Source: Phycisphaerales bacterium
Lineage (GTDB): Bacteria > Planctomycetota > Phycisphaerae > Phycisphaerales > UBA1924
Assembly (NCBI GenBank): GCA_038225655.1
Contig: JBBRQY010000003.1
Coordinates: forward strand, 265,323-329,322
DNA length: 64,000 bases
Direction: 5' to 3'
The notes under the pieces are model-generated. The model was not told where the DNA came from and did not search any database. It was given only the letters and a program-made list of their open reading frames with translations. Shown piece by piece: positions 24,274 to 32,540 of the stretch (its first letter is position 1; the number at the start of each line of letters is the position of its first letter). The position numbers were made by a program, and so were the translations under genes.

Positions 24274-25506
24274 CTACGCCAGCAGCACATCCAGCAACTC
24301 CGGCACCCCCTGCCCCCGCGTCGCCACAGTCTCGATCACCGGCCGCCGCCCCGCCACATCCCGCAGATCGCGCACCAACTCGTTCTCCCCCGGATGATCC
24401 GCCTTGTTGCAGACGAACACATCCGCGATCTCCAGAATCCCCGCCTTGTCCATCTGCACCGCATCGCCCATTCCCGGCGTCAGCACCACCGCCGTCCGAT
24501 CCACAAACGACCGAATCTTCGTCTCGTTCTGCCCCGCGCCAACGGTCTCAATAAACACAGTGTTGAACCCATGTGGGATGTGGGATGTGGGATGTGGGAC
24601 GTCCGCGCCAGATGTGCCTGACTTTGCCTTCACATCCGACATCCCACATCCGACATCCGACATTCCCCCTATCAGCTCCACAATCTCCGGCAGCGCGTGA
24701 TAATCCTCCCCGCTGATCGCGAGCGAGCGATAGAACACGCTCTGGTCCAGCGTGTTGAAGTCCACCCGCAGCCGATCCCCCAGCAGCGCGCCGCCTGTGA
24801 TCGGGCTCATGGGATCAAACGCCACAACGGCGCACCTTCCCATCTCGGGCTTCTCTTTCGCCCGCCGCGTGTACTCCCCCACCAACTGCGCCACCAGCGT
24901 GCTCTTGCCCGCCCCCGGCGATCCGGTAATTCCAATCACACGCGTCGGCCTCTTCCTCGCCGCACCATTCCGCATCGGCCGCCCCGCATGCATCAGCGAA
25001 ATGTCCCGCGCGAGCTGCGACTCGGCCGTCCCATTCTCCACCACCTGCCCGCGCGCCTTCGTCGCTCCGCGCACCGCCTCCACTATGTCAATCAGCCCCG
25101 TCGCCGTCGTGAAACACTTCGCCACGCCACCGGCGAGCAGCACCGCAATGTCCTCCTGCGGCAGAATCCCACCCATATACACCGGCATGTCCGGCCGACC
25201 CAACTCCCGCAGCGCCGTCACCAGCCGCGGCCCCAGCACCAAGTGCGAGTTGCTCATCATGCTCGCCGCGATCACATCGCAATCCTCATCCCGCGCCGAA
25301 ATCGCCAGCGACCGCGGCGTCTGCCACAGCCCCGAATAAATCACGTGCACCCCCGAATCCCGCAGAGCCCGCGCGATCACCTTTACACCCCGGTCATGCC
25401 CATCCAGCCCCATCTTCCCCAGCAACACCCGCGGCCGATGATCCAGATCCGCGCAGCGGTCCTTCTTCTCAAACTCGGTCGTCGCGGTGTGCAGTGTGGT
25501 GGTCAT
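24274..25506 (-). CDS. fusion of a methylmalonyl-CoA-mutase-type B12-binding domain with a MeaB/ArgK G-protein chaperone
   Basis: N-terminal: 'RVLLGKMGLDGHDRGVKVIARALRDSGVHVIYSG'. C-terminal: P-loop 'GITGSPGAGKSTLV', 'IETVGAGQ', 'NKAD'. Start placed at ATG 25506. Confidence 0.8.
   Translation of the reverse strand: MTTTLHTATTEFEKKDRCADLDHRPRVLLGKMGLDGHDRGVKVIARALRDSGVHVIYSGLWQTPRSLAISARDEDCDVIAASMMSNSHLVLGPRLVTALRELGRPDMPVYMGGILPQEDIAVLLAGGVAKCFTTATGLIDIVEAVRGATKARGQVVENGTAESQLARDISLMHAGRPMRNGAARKRPTRVIGITGSPGAGKSTLVAQLVGEYTRRAKEKPEMGRCAVVAFDPMSPITGGALLGDRLRVDFNTLDQSVFYRSLAISGEDYHALPEIVELIGGMSDVGCGMSDVKAKSGTSGADVPHPTSHIPHGFNTVFIETVGAGQNETKIRSFVDRTAVVLTPGMGDAVQMDKAGILEIADVFVCNKADHPGENELVRDLRDVAGRRPVIETVATRGQGVPELLDVLLA
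24571..24665. repeat. inverted heptamer-repeat element inside the MeaB coding region
   Basis: (ATGTGGG)x4 at 24571-24598, a 32-nt spacer, then (SACATCC)x5 at 24631-24665. Read in-frame as 'MSDVGCGMSDVKAKSGTSGADVPHPTSHIPH'. Confidence 0.85.
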
Positions 25507-25600
25507 GGGGTTCGTGCGGAGGGTATGCGCGCACCGGGGTGGCACGGGCGGCTTGCCCGCCCGTGGTGTGGCAGCCGAACCCCCGGCGAGTCAGGCCTGC

Positions 25601-26551
25601 TCACCGTACCCGAAACTCCCACTCCACCCCCGGCGTGTACCCGATCGCCTTGTACAACTGCTCTCGGGTCTGCATCTCCCCGAGCGACCCCTGAACGCTC
25701 CCGTCTTTCTTGAGCGTCTCCAGCGCTCGCCCCACCGCCCCCATCGCAACCCGCAGCATGCTCACTGGGTAGATCACGCACTGATACCCCATCGCCCCGA
25801 ACTTCGCCGCCGGAATCAGCGGCGTCTTCCCGAACTCCGTCATGTTGGCGAGCAGATAGAACCGCCGCGACGCTCCCGCCGACTGCCGAAGGTCCGACGC
25901 AAACCGCCCGAACTCCTCTTCGGTCGTCAGCCCCTCCGGAAAGATCATGTCCGCCCCAACTTCCAAATACGCCCTCGCCCGCGCCACCGCCGCATCAAAC
26001 CCCTCCACCCCCCGCGCATCCGTCCTTGCACAAATGATGAACCCCCGGGCATCCTCGGTCTTCCCACATCCCACATCCCACATCCCACATCCCACATCTC
26101 TTGCCGCATTCACCGCCGCTCGCACCTTCTCCACCGCATGCTCCAGCGGCACCAGTTTCTTCCCATCCAGATGCCCGCACCGCTTGGGAAACACCTGATC
26201 CTCGATGTGCAGCCCCGCCGCCCCCGCCCGGGCATACTCGATCACCGTCCGTCGCACCATCTCGCTCTCGCCGAACCCGGTATCCGCATCCGCGATGATC
26301 GGCAGCCCGCTCGCGTCGAACGCCTCCCGGATGCAGCGGCAGAAGTGCTCAAGCGTCAGGATTCCCACATCCGGCACCCCCGCCGCCACACTGGTAACCG
26401 CGCCCGACACATACGTCGCATTGAACCCGGCATCCGCGATCATCTTCGCGCACAGCGCATTGAACGCCCCCGGCATCATCACCGTTTTTTCGGGTCCGGG
26501 GGGGTTGTCCAGCAAGGCGCGAAGGCGGGCACCGGGAGTTGCGTTCGGCAT
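25601..26551 (-). CDS. isocitrate lyase/PEP mutase superfamily enzyme, methylisocitrate-lyase-like
   Basis: 'MMPGAFNALCAKMIADAGFNATYVSG', 'ADADTGFG', 'IEDQVFPKRCGHLDGK', 'ICARTDA'. Start trimmed to ATG 26551. Confidence 0.8.
   Translation of the reverse strand: MPNATPGARLRALLDNPPGPEKTVMMPGAFNALCAKMIADAGFNATYVSGAVTSVAAGVPDVGILTLEHFCRCIREAFDASGLPIIADADTGFGESEMVRRTVIEYARAGAAGLHIEDQVFPKRCGHLDGKKLVPLEHAVEKVRAAVNAARDVGCGMWDVGCGKTEDARGFIICARTDARGVEGFDAAVARARAYLEVGADMIFPEGLTTEEEFGRFASDLRQSAGASRRFYLLANMTEFGKTPLIPAAKFGAMGYQCVIYPVSMLRVAMGAVGRALETLKKDGSVQGSLGEMQTREQLYKAIGYTPGVEWEFRVR
26063..26097. repeat. perfect heptanucleotide tandem repeat (CCCACAT)x5 inside a coding region
   Basis: Read directly from the sequence. 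On the coding (minus) strand it is (ATGTGGG)x5, encoding 'DVGCGMWDVGCG'. Confidence 0.95.
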
Positions 26552-26753
26552 AGTCCATGGTACCAACCCCCATGCCCCGACCAATTCCGGCCCATCCAGA
26601 CACCCCCCGAATTCCGCCCGCATCCCCCCTCCCCGCCCCTCTGCACTCCATCCACGCCTTTGTTATGCTGGGCCCGCCCCGACCCAGTGGGCCGGTCGAT
26701 CCGTCCCGTGACCGTCGCTCGTTGCGCACCCCACCCTCTCAGGAGATCCCTTC

Positions 26754-27161
26754 ATGCACGCACTCCCGACGCTTCTCGCCCAGTCCTCCAACGCCGGCTC
26801 CGTCGGCGGAGCGATCGGCGGTCTCTTGTTCTGCGGCATCTACCTCCTCGTCACCGTCCTCGTCGTCGCGGGCTTCTGGAAAACCTTCGAGAAGGCCGGT
26901 CAGCCGGGATGGGCCGCAATCGTTCCGTTCTACAACCTCTGGGTCTTGTGCCAGGTCGCCGGACGTCCGGGCTGGTGGTTCATTCTGTTCTTCATTCCCA
27001 TCGTCGGCCTCGTCATCAGCATCATGGTCAGTCTGGACATGGCCAAGGCCTTCGGCAAGGGCGTCGGCTTTGCCATCGGCCTCATCTTGCTTGGGCCGAT
27101 CTTCTACTGCATTCTCGGCTTTGGCAGCGCGCAGTATCAGGGACCCGCCGCCGCGCGCTGA
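26754..27161 (+). CDS. small multi-pass membrane protein (DUF5684-like)
   Basis: 'FEKAGQPGWAAIVPFYNLWVLCQVAGRPGWWFILFFIPIVG' matches my recollection of the DUF5684 family signature. Confidence 0.65.
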   Translation: MHALPTLLAQSSNAGSVGGAIGGLLFCGIYLLVTVLVVAGFWKTFEKAGQPGWAAIVPFYNLWVLCQVAGRPGWWFILFFIPIVGLVISIMVSLDMAKAFGKGVGFAIGLILLGPIFYCILGFGSAQYQGPAAAR

Positions 27162-27194
27162 TCAGCGTCTGTCCGCCCCCCGGAGCCGCACCCC

Positions 27195-27884
27195 ATGCCG
27201 AGTCCGACACCGCTCCCCGATCCGCAATGGACCGAGGGACCGTTGGAATGCGTGGGGTGCGGCTATTCCCTCGACGGCCTCGCCATCCCCGGCCGCTGCC
27301 CCGAATGCGGCGCACCGTTCGATTCGCAGGTGATGGTGCTCCACGGCGTCGCCCGCTCCTCCTCGGGCACATCGCTCTGGCGCAGACTCGCGTGGATCGG
27401 GCTCGCCGTCGGCGCCATGATTGTCACCCAGGCGTGGCCCTTCCTGCTCATGTTCTCCTGGATGGTGCTCGTCGCCGCGCTCGTCGCGGTCCTCGCAGGC
27501 ATCATTTTCATGGTCGCCACCGGCCGGCGCGAACGCGCCGGCACCGAACGGTTCATGTTCACCAGCGCTGGCGTCGCACGCCTCCCCGCCAAGCGCGACG
27601 ACCGCGGCCCCGGCATGGACGCCGTCTTCATCCCCTATTCACCAACCGCCCGCTTGCGCGTCGATCCCATCAGCCCATTCTGGCGACGCGTCCGCATTGA
27701 GACCCCCGACACGCACGGCGTTCATCAGGTCGTCTTCGACGCGGGCTTCCGTTGCCCCTCACAACACGCCGACCGCGTCGAAGCGACCATCCGCGCGGCT
27801 ATGCAAGGCACTGCAATGCCCACCGATCACCCTACCGCGCCCCCCCTCCACCCGCCCGTCACGCCTCCTCCGCTCCCCCGCTGA
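27195..27884 (+). CDS. membrane protein with N-terminal zinc ribbon (C-x2-C-G-Y-x-L-x-G-L...C-P-E-C-G)
   Basis: 'CVGCGYSLDGLAIPGRCPECGAPF', followed by two TM helices. Confidence 0.6.
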   Translation: MPSPTPLPDPQWTEGPLECVGCGYSLDGLAIPGRCPECGAPFDSQVMVLHGVARSSSGTSLWRRLAWIGLAVGAMIVTQAWPFLLMFSWMVLVAALVAVLAGIIFMVATGRRERAGTERFMFTSAGVARLPAKRDDRGPGMDAVFIPYSPTARLRVDPISPFWRRVRIETPDTHGVHQVVFDAGFRCPSQHADRVEATIRAAMQGTAMPTDHPTAPPLHPPVTPPPLPR

Positions 27885-29114
27885 TCACCCATTCCACTTC
27901 CGCTCGGGCTCGCCCGTGTAGATACTCAGCGGCCGAATGATCCGGTTATCCGCGTGCTGCTCGATGATGTGGGCGCACCAGCCGGTGATGCGGGCGGCGA
28001 CGAAAATCGGCGTGTACTGCGGCACCGGAATCCCCATCACGAAGTACGTCATCCCGCACGGGAAATCCACGTTCGGGTGGATGTTCTTCTTCACGAGCAT
28101 GATCTTCTGCACCTGCTCGCCCAGCTCAAACCACTTCGGCGCAGGAATCCCGCCGAACGGCCCCTTGAGCGTCCCCGCCATCTTTTTCCCTAAACCGTGC
28201 AGAATCCCCGCGCGGTGATCCCCGTTCTTGTACACGCGATGCCCAAAGCCCATCAGTTTCCGCTTCGTGTCGAACGCCTTCTGCATCCAGTCGTCCACCG
28301 CCGGCGTTCCGATCCCCTTCTCTCCTACATCCTTCACGATCTCCTTCAGCATCTCCATCGCCATCTCGTTCGCCCCGCCATGCAGCGGCCCCTTGAGGGC
28401 AGCGATGCCGCCCGCCACCGCGCCGTGCATATCGCTGAACGTCCCTGCAATCACCCGCGTCGTGAACGTGCTCGCATTAAACTCATGCTCGGCGTACAGA
28501 ATCAGGGACACATCGATCACCTTCGCCTCATCCTGCGAAGGCCGCCGCCCAGTCATCATGTACAGCATGTTCGCCGCGTGGCCAAGCGTCGGATCGCCCC
28601 CCTCGCGCCGCCCGATGATGGCCCGCCCGTCGATGATGTTCTGCATGTGCCCGATCATTGTGGGAATCTTCGCTAGCAGCCGCTTGGCCTTGCGGAGGTT
28701 GGCATCCTTCGTCACCAACTGCGCATCCGGATCGGTGTGGGCAAGCAGACTCACAGCGCTCCGCAGCACGTCCATCGGCACCGCCCGTCCAGACGCAAGC
28801 CACCCAGCCGACGACTCAATGAACGACGTTACAAACGGATGGAGTGCCCGCTCCGCGATGATCTCCGCTTTGAACCGCGCCAACTCCTGCGCACTGGGCT
28901 TGTGCCCCTCGAGCAGCAAAAACGCAACCTCCTCAAACGTCGCGTGCTCCGCCAGATCATGGATCTCATACCCCCGATAGATCAGCTTGTCCTGCTCGAT
29001 CGAGCACACCGCCGTCTGCCCCCCGATCACCCCTTCCAATCCCTTCGCAAACGCGGCCTGTTTGTCGGACTTGGCAGTGGCAGCAGCATTCGCGGGAGCA
29101 GCAGCGGTCGACAT
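27885..29114 (-). CDS. citrate synthase / 2-methylcitrate synthase family
   Basis: 409 aa. 'GLEGVIGGQTAVCSIE...LIYRGYEIHDLA', 'GFGHRVYKNGDHRA'. The nearby methylisocitrate-lyase-like gene makes a PrpC role possible. Confidence 0.9.
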   Translation of the reverse strand: MSTAAAPANAAATAKSDKQAAFAKGLEGVIGGQTAVCSIEQDKLIYRGYEIHDLAEHATFEEVAFLLLEGHKPSAQELARFKAEIIAERALHPFVTSFIESSAGWLASGRAVPMDVLRSAVSLLAHTDPDAQLVTKDANLRKAKRLLAKIPTMIGHMQNIIDGRAIIGRREGGDPTLGHAANMLYMMTGRRPSQDEAKVIDVSLILYAEHEFNASTFTTRVIAGTFSDMHGAVAGGIAALKGPLHGGANEMAMEMLKEIVKDVGEKGIGTPAVDDWMQKAFDTKRKLMGFGHRVYKNGDHRAGILHGLGKKMAGTLKGPFGGIPAPKWFELGEQVQKIMLVKKNIHPNVDFPCGMTYFVMGIPVPQYTPIFVAARITGWCAHIIEQHADNRIIRPLSIYTGEPERKWNG

Positions 29115-29224
29115 GGTTCATCCTGTGCGGAGGGAAGTGCGGGAAACTCCACTCTAGGCGAGAAAACAAATCATCGCTCCCCGAGCATTCCATTCGGTCC
29201 GACCATTCTGCTAGAACGCCACGA

Positions 29225-29920
29225 TCAAGCCCCGCCGGCCCCCGGCCCTCGATGTCCACACTCTGGGCAGAACGCCCCAACCGGCAGCCCGCACAGGTCG
29301 TAACCGCAAATGTCGCACAGTCCATTCCGCCGCCTCATGTACTTTCGCAGCGCTCCCGGCCCTCGCACAATGCACACGCCCAAAAGTCCAAGTATGCCAA
29401 CATTCGCGGCGAAGCCGGGCCAGACAGGGCGCAGCGGCAATGAGATCATTCCTCCATCCAAGTCCGGAACCCCGATGGCTCCCTCCCAAAGACACTCCTT
29501 CCCGTCCTCCACAAGGGACATTCGAAGACTGCGCCAAGGCCTGCCGTACGAATAGATCCTCAGAACGCGCTCAAAACTCCTTGGGAAGTACCACCAGGCA
29601 CTGTCAGAATCTCGGAACCGCGTTTCCACATGCATCCAGCTTCCTGGCGGTGGTTCGTTCCGGGCCAACGACGCGAACGGCCAGGGCGTTTCCCGCCCGC
29701 TCGCACTGGTCTCAGGGCCAAGGCCTGGGTCCGCACCCCGGATCAACTCAGCCCACGTGAGCATGTAAGTCGCCCCCACCCCGATCATCATCCACAGGAT
29801 CATGGTCGCCGCACACGTCCGCCAACGATCTGGTCCACCGCAAGCAATTCGTCGACGACACGAGTGAAATTCGAGCCCGGACATGGGTGGTTTGACGCCC
29901 AGGTCTCTGCAATGTTCCAC
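29225..29920 (-). CDS. membrane protein with C-terminal zinc ribbon (family as 27195/54846/55325)
   Basis: C-terminus 'RRRNGLCDICGYDLCGLPVGAFCPECGH'. TM helices present. Confidence 0.55.
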   Translation of the reverse strand: MEHCRDLGVKPPMSGLEFHSCRRRIACGGPDRWRTCAATMILWMMIGVGATYMLTWAELIRGADPGLGPETSASGRETPWPFASLARNEPPPGSWMHVETRFRDSDSAWWYFPRSFERVLRIYSYGRPWRSLRMSLVEDGKECLWEGAIGVPDLDGGMISLPLRPVWPGFAANVGILGLLGVCIVRGPGALRKYMRRRNGLCDICGYDLCGLPVGAFCPECGHRGPGAGGA

Positions 29921-29953
29921 TGACCACGCGATCGGGTTGCCCTACCGTCGCCC

Positions 29954-30550
29954 ATGCCCCCTCCCCGCCCCCTCTCCCCCCTCTGCGTCTACTGCGGCGC
30001 ATCCTCCGGGGCACGCCCCGCCTACGCGCAGTCCGCCCGCGCCCTCGGTGCCGAAATGGTCCGCCGCAACATCTCCCTCGTCTACGGCGGCGGCCGCGCC
30101 GGGCTCATGGGCCACATCGCCGATTCCGTACTTGATTCCGGTGGCACAGTCACCGGCATTATCACCCAGCAGCTCATGGATAAGGAACTCGGCCACACCG
30201 GCATCCACGAACTCCGCGTTGTGGACACCATGCACGAACGCAAGAAGATGATGGCCGACATCGCTCGCGGCTACATCGCCCTCCCCGGCGGCGTGGGCAC
30301 GCTCGACGAGCTCTTCGAAATCCTCGCCTGGGCCCAGCTCTCCATCCACGACCACCCCATCGGCCTGCTCAACGTCGACAACTTCTACGACCCCCTCATC
30401 GCTCTCCTCCAGTACATGGAAAAAGAGCAGTTCCTCCGTATCTCACCCACCGACGCCCTCGTCATTGACGCCGACCCGGCCACACTCCTGGACCGCATGG
30501 CCGCACAACCCCCTCGCACGCCTCGAGCACACCTCGGCGAAACGCGCTAA
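29954..30550 (+). CDS. LOG-family cytokinin riboside 5'-monophosphate phosphoribohydrolase (TIGR00730-type)
   Basis: 'VYCGASSG', 'LVYGGGRAGLMG', 'MHERKKMM', 'ALPGGVGTLDELFE'. Confidence 0.85.
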   Translation: MPPPRPLSPLCVYCGASSGARPAYAQSARALGAEMVRRNISLVYGGGRAGLMGHIADSVLDSGGTVTGIITQQLMDKELGHTGIHELRVVDTMHERKKMMADIARGYIALPGGVGTLDELFEILAWAQLSIHDHPIGLLNVDNFYDPLIALLQYMEKEQFLRISPTDALVIDADPATLLDRMAAQPPRTPRAHLGETR

Positions 30551-30574
30551 GTCCAAATCAACGAGAACGCACAC

Positions 30575-30620
30575 ATTTCAAATCTGCAATTTCAGATTTG
30601 AAGTTTGCCCATTTAAACTT
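30575..30620. terminator. AT-rich double hairpin between convergent genes
   Basis: TTCAAATCTG (30577-30586) / CAGATTTGAA (30593-30602), perfect 10 bp. A second hairpin AAGTTT (30601-30606) / AAACTT (30615-30620). Confidence 0.5.
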
Positions 30621-30630
30621 TGAACTTCCC

Positions 30631-31656
30631 CTACCCCCGCGCCGGCCACGCCATCGCCTCCGGCCCCGGACCCGCCACCCCCAACCGCTTACACACGCTG
30701 CGCCCAAATCCGCGCAATCGCTCCCCAAACATTTCCGCCCGCACCGTGGCGTCCCAATAGGCCCTGCGCCCCCATCCCGCCGCTACGCGCACCGGCGTAT
30801 ACCCCGCTATACGCATCTCCCGACCTGCCATCCGCTGCACCGCATCGATCTGCCGATCCGTCAAACGCTCGCGATACCGCCCCACCGCGTGCGGCTCCAA
30901 CGCCTTGAGCGTCACCCCCGCCCACGCCGCCTCCGCCCGCTCCTGCCCTCCCCGTGCCTTCCGCGAAAAATCCAGCATCTCCGCGTGCATCTCTTCCCCT
31001 AGAAACCCACAGAGCCGCGTCAGCTCCTGCCCCGGATTCGTCACCAGCGACTCAAACGCCACAGACGTGTACCGATCAGCAGGGAGCACACGCTGCAACC
31101 GACGATGCTCCCGCGCAATCCCCGCCCAGCTCCGCGCACAAGCCGCAGCCGAACTCCGCGACCACGCCAACATCATTCGCGATGCCACCACATCCCGCGG
31201 ATCCCGCTGAATGTGTATGAACTTTGCCATCGGCAACTCGCGCGCGATCGCCTCCACATGCCGGCAATGGTGCGGGCTCTTCTCCTCCACCAGCGGCTTC
31301 TGCGCGACCCGCGCATGCTCGGCCATCATCGCCAGAAACACCGCCCCCCGCGTCCCCAATCTGCCGCTCGCCACGCCCTCCAGAAGCCGCCGTGTTCCGA
31401 TCTCCTGATTCTGAAACGGCACAGACCGCACATATCCCTCCACCTCTCGCAGCAACTCGATCCCCCGCACCGCCCGAACGCGCATGAAAAACTCCGACTC
31501 ATGCGGCACACAGATCTTCGGATGAGCACACAGCATCGTCCGCAGCAGCGTCGTCCCCGATCGCGGCGATCCCACGATAAAGAACACGCTCTGCGTAGTC
31601 GCCATTGGCTGTGTCGGAGGAGTGCTTCTGGGCTTCATATTCATCGGCCGCTCCAT
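30631..31656 (-). CDS. sulfotransferase family protein
   Basis: PAPS-binding 5'-PSB motif 'FFIVGSPRSGTTLLRTML'. 'HIQRDPRDVVAS'. Confidence 0.8.
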   Translation of the reverse strand: MERPMNMKPRSTPPTQPMATTQSVFFIVGSPRSGTTLLRTMLCAHPKICVPHESEFFMRVRAVRGIELLREVEGYVRSVPFQNQEIGTRRLLEGVASGRLGTRGAVFLAMMAEHARVAQKPLVEEKSPHHCRHVEAIARELPMAKFIHIQRDPRDVVASRMMLAWSRSSAAACARSWAGIAREHRRLQRVLPADRYTSVAFESLVTNPGQELTRLCGFLGEEMHAEMLDFSRKARGGQERAEAAWAGVTLKALEPHAVGRYRERLTDRQIDAVQRMAGREMRIAGYTPVRVAAGWGRRAYWDATVRAEMFGERLRGFGRSVCKRLGVAGPGPEAMAWPARG

Positions 31657-31895
31657 GACCTCCGAGACAGTTCAAACGCGGATGCCGCGTAGAGATTGCC
31701 CAGATCGAGCACGCATCTGAAAAACTCCCCTACTTGCCTACATCAATTGCCTTACTCTGGGTGAACGCGCAGTTGAGCCCCTCGCAATGCCGAGGGCTCA
31801 TCTCCGGCCCAGGCCGCATCTCCGGCGAGTCAAAAGCGAAAAACCCGGGCTCGTCCCCGGGGTTGGGTTATTTTTCACATTCAAAACACCTCACC

Positions 31896-32240
31896 TCACC
31901 ACCCGCCGCGCCCACCACCACCTCCGCCTCCCGAGTACCCACCTCCGCCCCCGCCCCCATACCCACCGCGCCCGCCACCCCCTCCACCACCACCGGCCTC
32001 ACGCGGCTTGGCTTCGTTCACCGTCAGGTTCCGCCCATCCATGTCCTTCTCATGCATCGCCTCAATCGCCTTCCTGGCCTCGGCTTCATTCGGCATCTCG
32101 ACGAACCCGAACCCGCGTGACCGACCCGTCTCTCGCTCCATCACCACCTGCGCGCTCGCCACTTGCCCGAACGGCGCAAACGCCGCACGCAGCGAGTCAT
32201 CCGTGGCCTTGAACGATAGATTTCCAACGTACAGCTTCAT
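31896..32240 (-). CDS. RRM-type RNA-binding protein with Gly-rich tail
   Basis: 'MKLYVGNLSF' (RNP2), 'RGFGFVEM' (RNP1), and a C-terminal GGGGRGGYGGG tail. The track ORF is over-extended. Confidence 0.9.
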   Translation of the reverse strand: MKLYVGNLSFKATDDSLRAAFAPFGQVASAQVVMERETGRSRGFGFVEMPNEAEARKAIEAMHEKDMDGRNLTVNEAKPREAGGGGGGGGRGGYGGGGGGGYSGGGGGGGRGGW

Positions 32241-32540
32241 GATCCAATGCACCCAATCTGCCCGAGAAATCCAATCGTGGTACCGCAGCCGCTGCCTCGG
32301 GCAAGTCCGCGCGTCGGTCGTGTGGGCAAGGCACGGAACCTCCGTGCCCTTGGAATGGGAGGGGGCGAACCCACATCTGCGCGAGTGTAGTCCCACACCA
32401 TGAAAATGGGCAAATCCGCCCCGCCCCCGGCAATTTGTCCGTGTGAAATCTCTCGAAGGCACAGGGAGTCGGGCGGAGGGCGTGTAGGTCGCGAAACAGA
32501 ACAACGTGTTGATGAAACCCCGTTGCCCTCTCTCACCGCC

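Noticed and set aside
24571-26097. Heptamer arrays as a possible CRISPR array or telomere-like repeat
   Set aside because: The units are 7 nt and directly tandem, with no spacers and no cas genes. The arrays lie inside or next to ordinary genes on what looks like a normal chromosomal segment.
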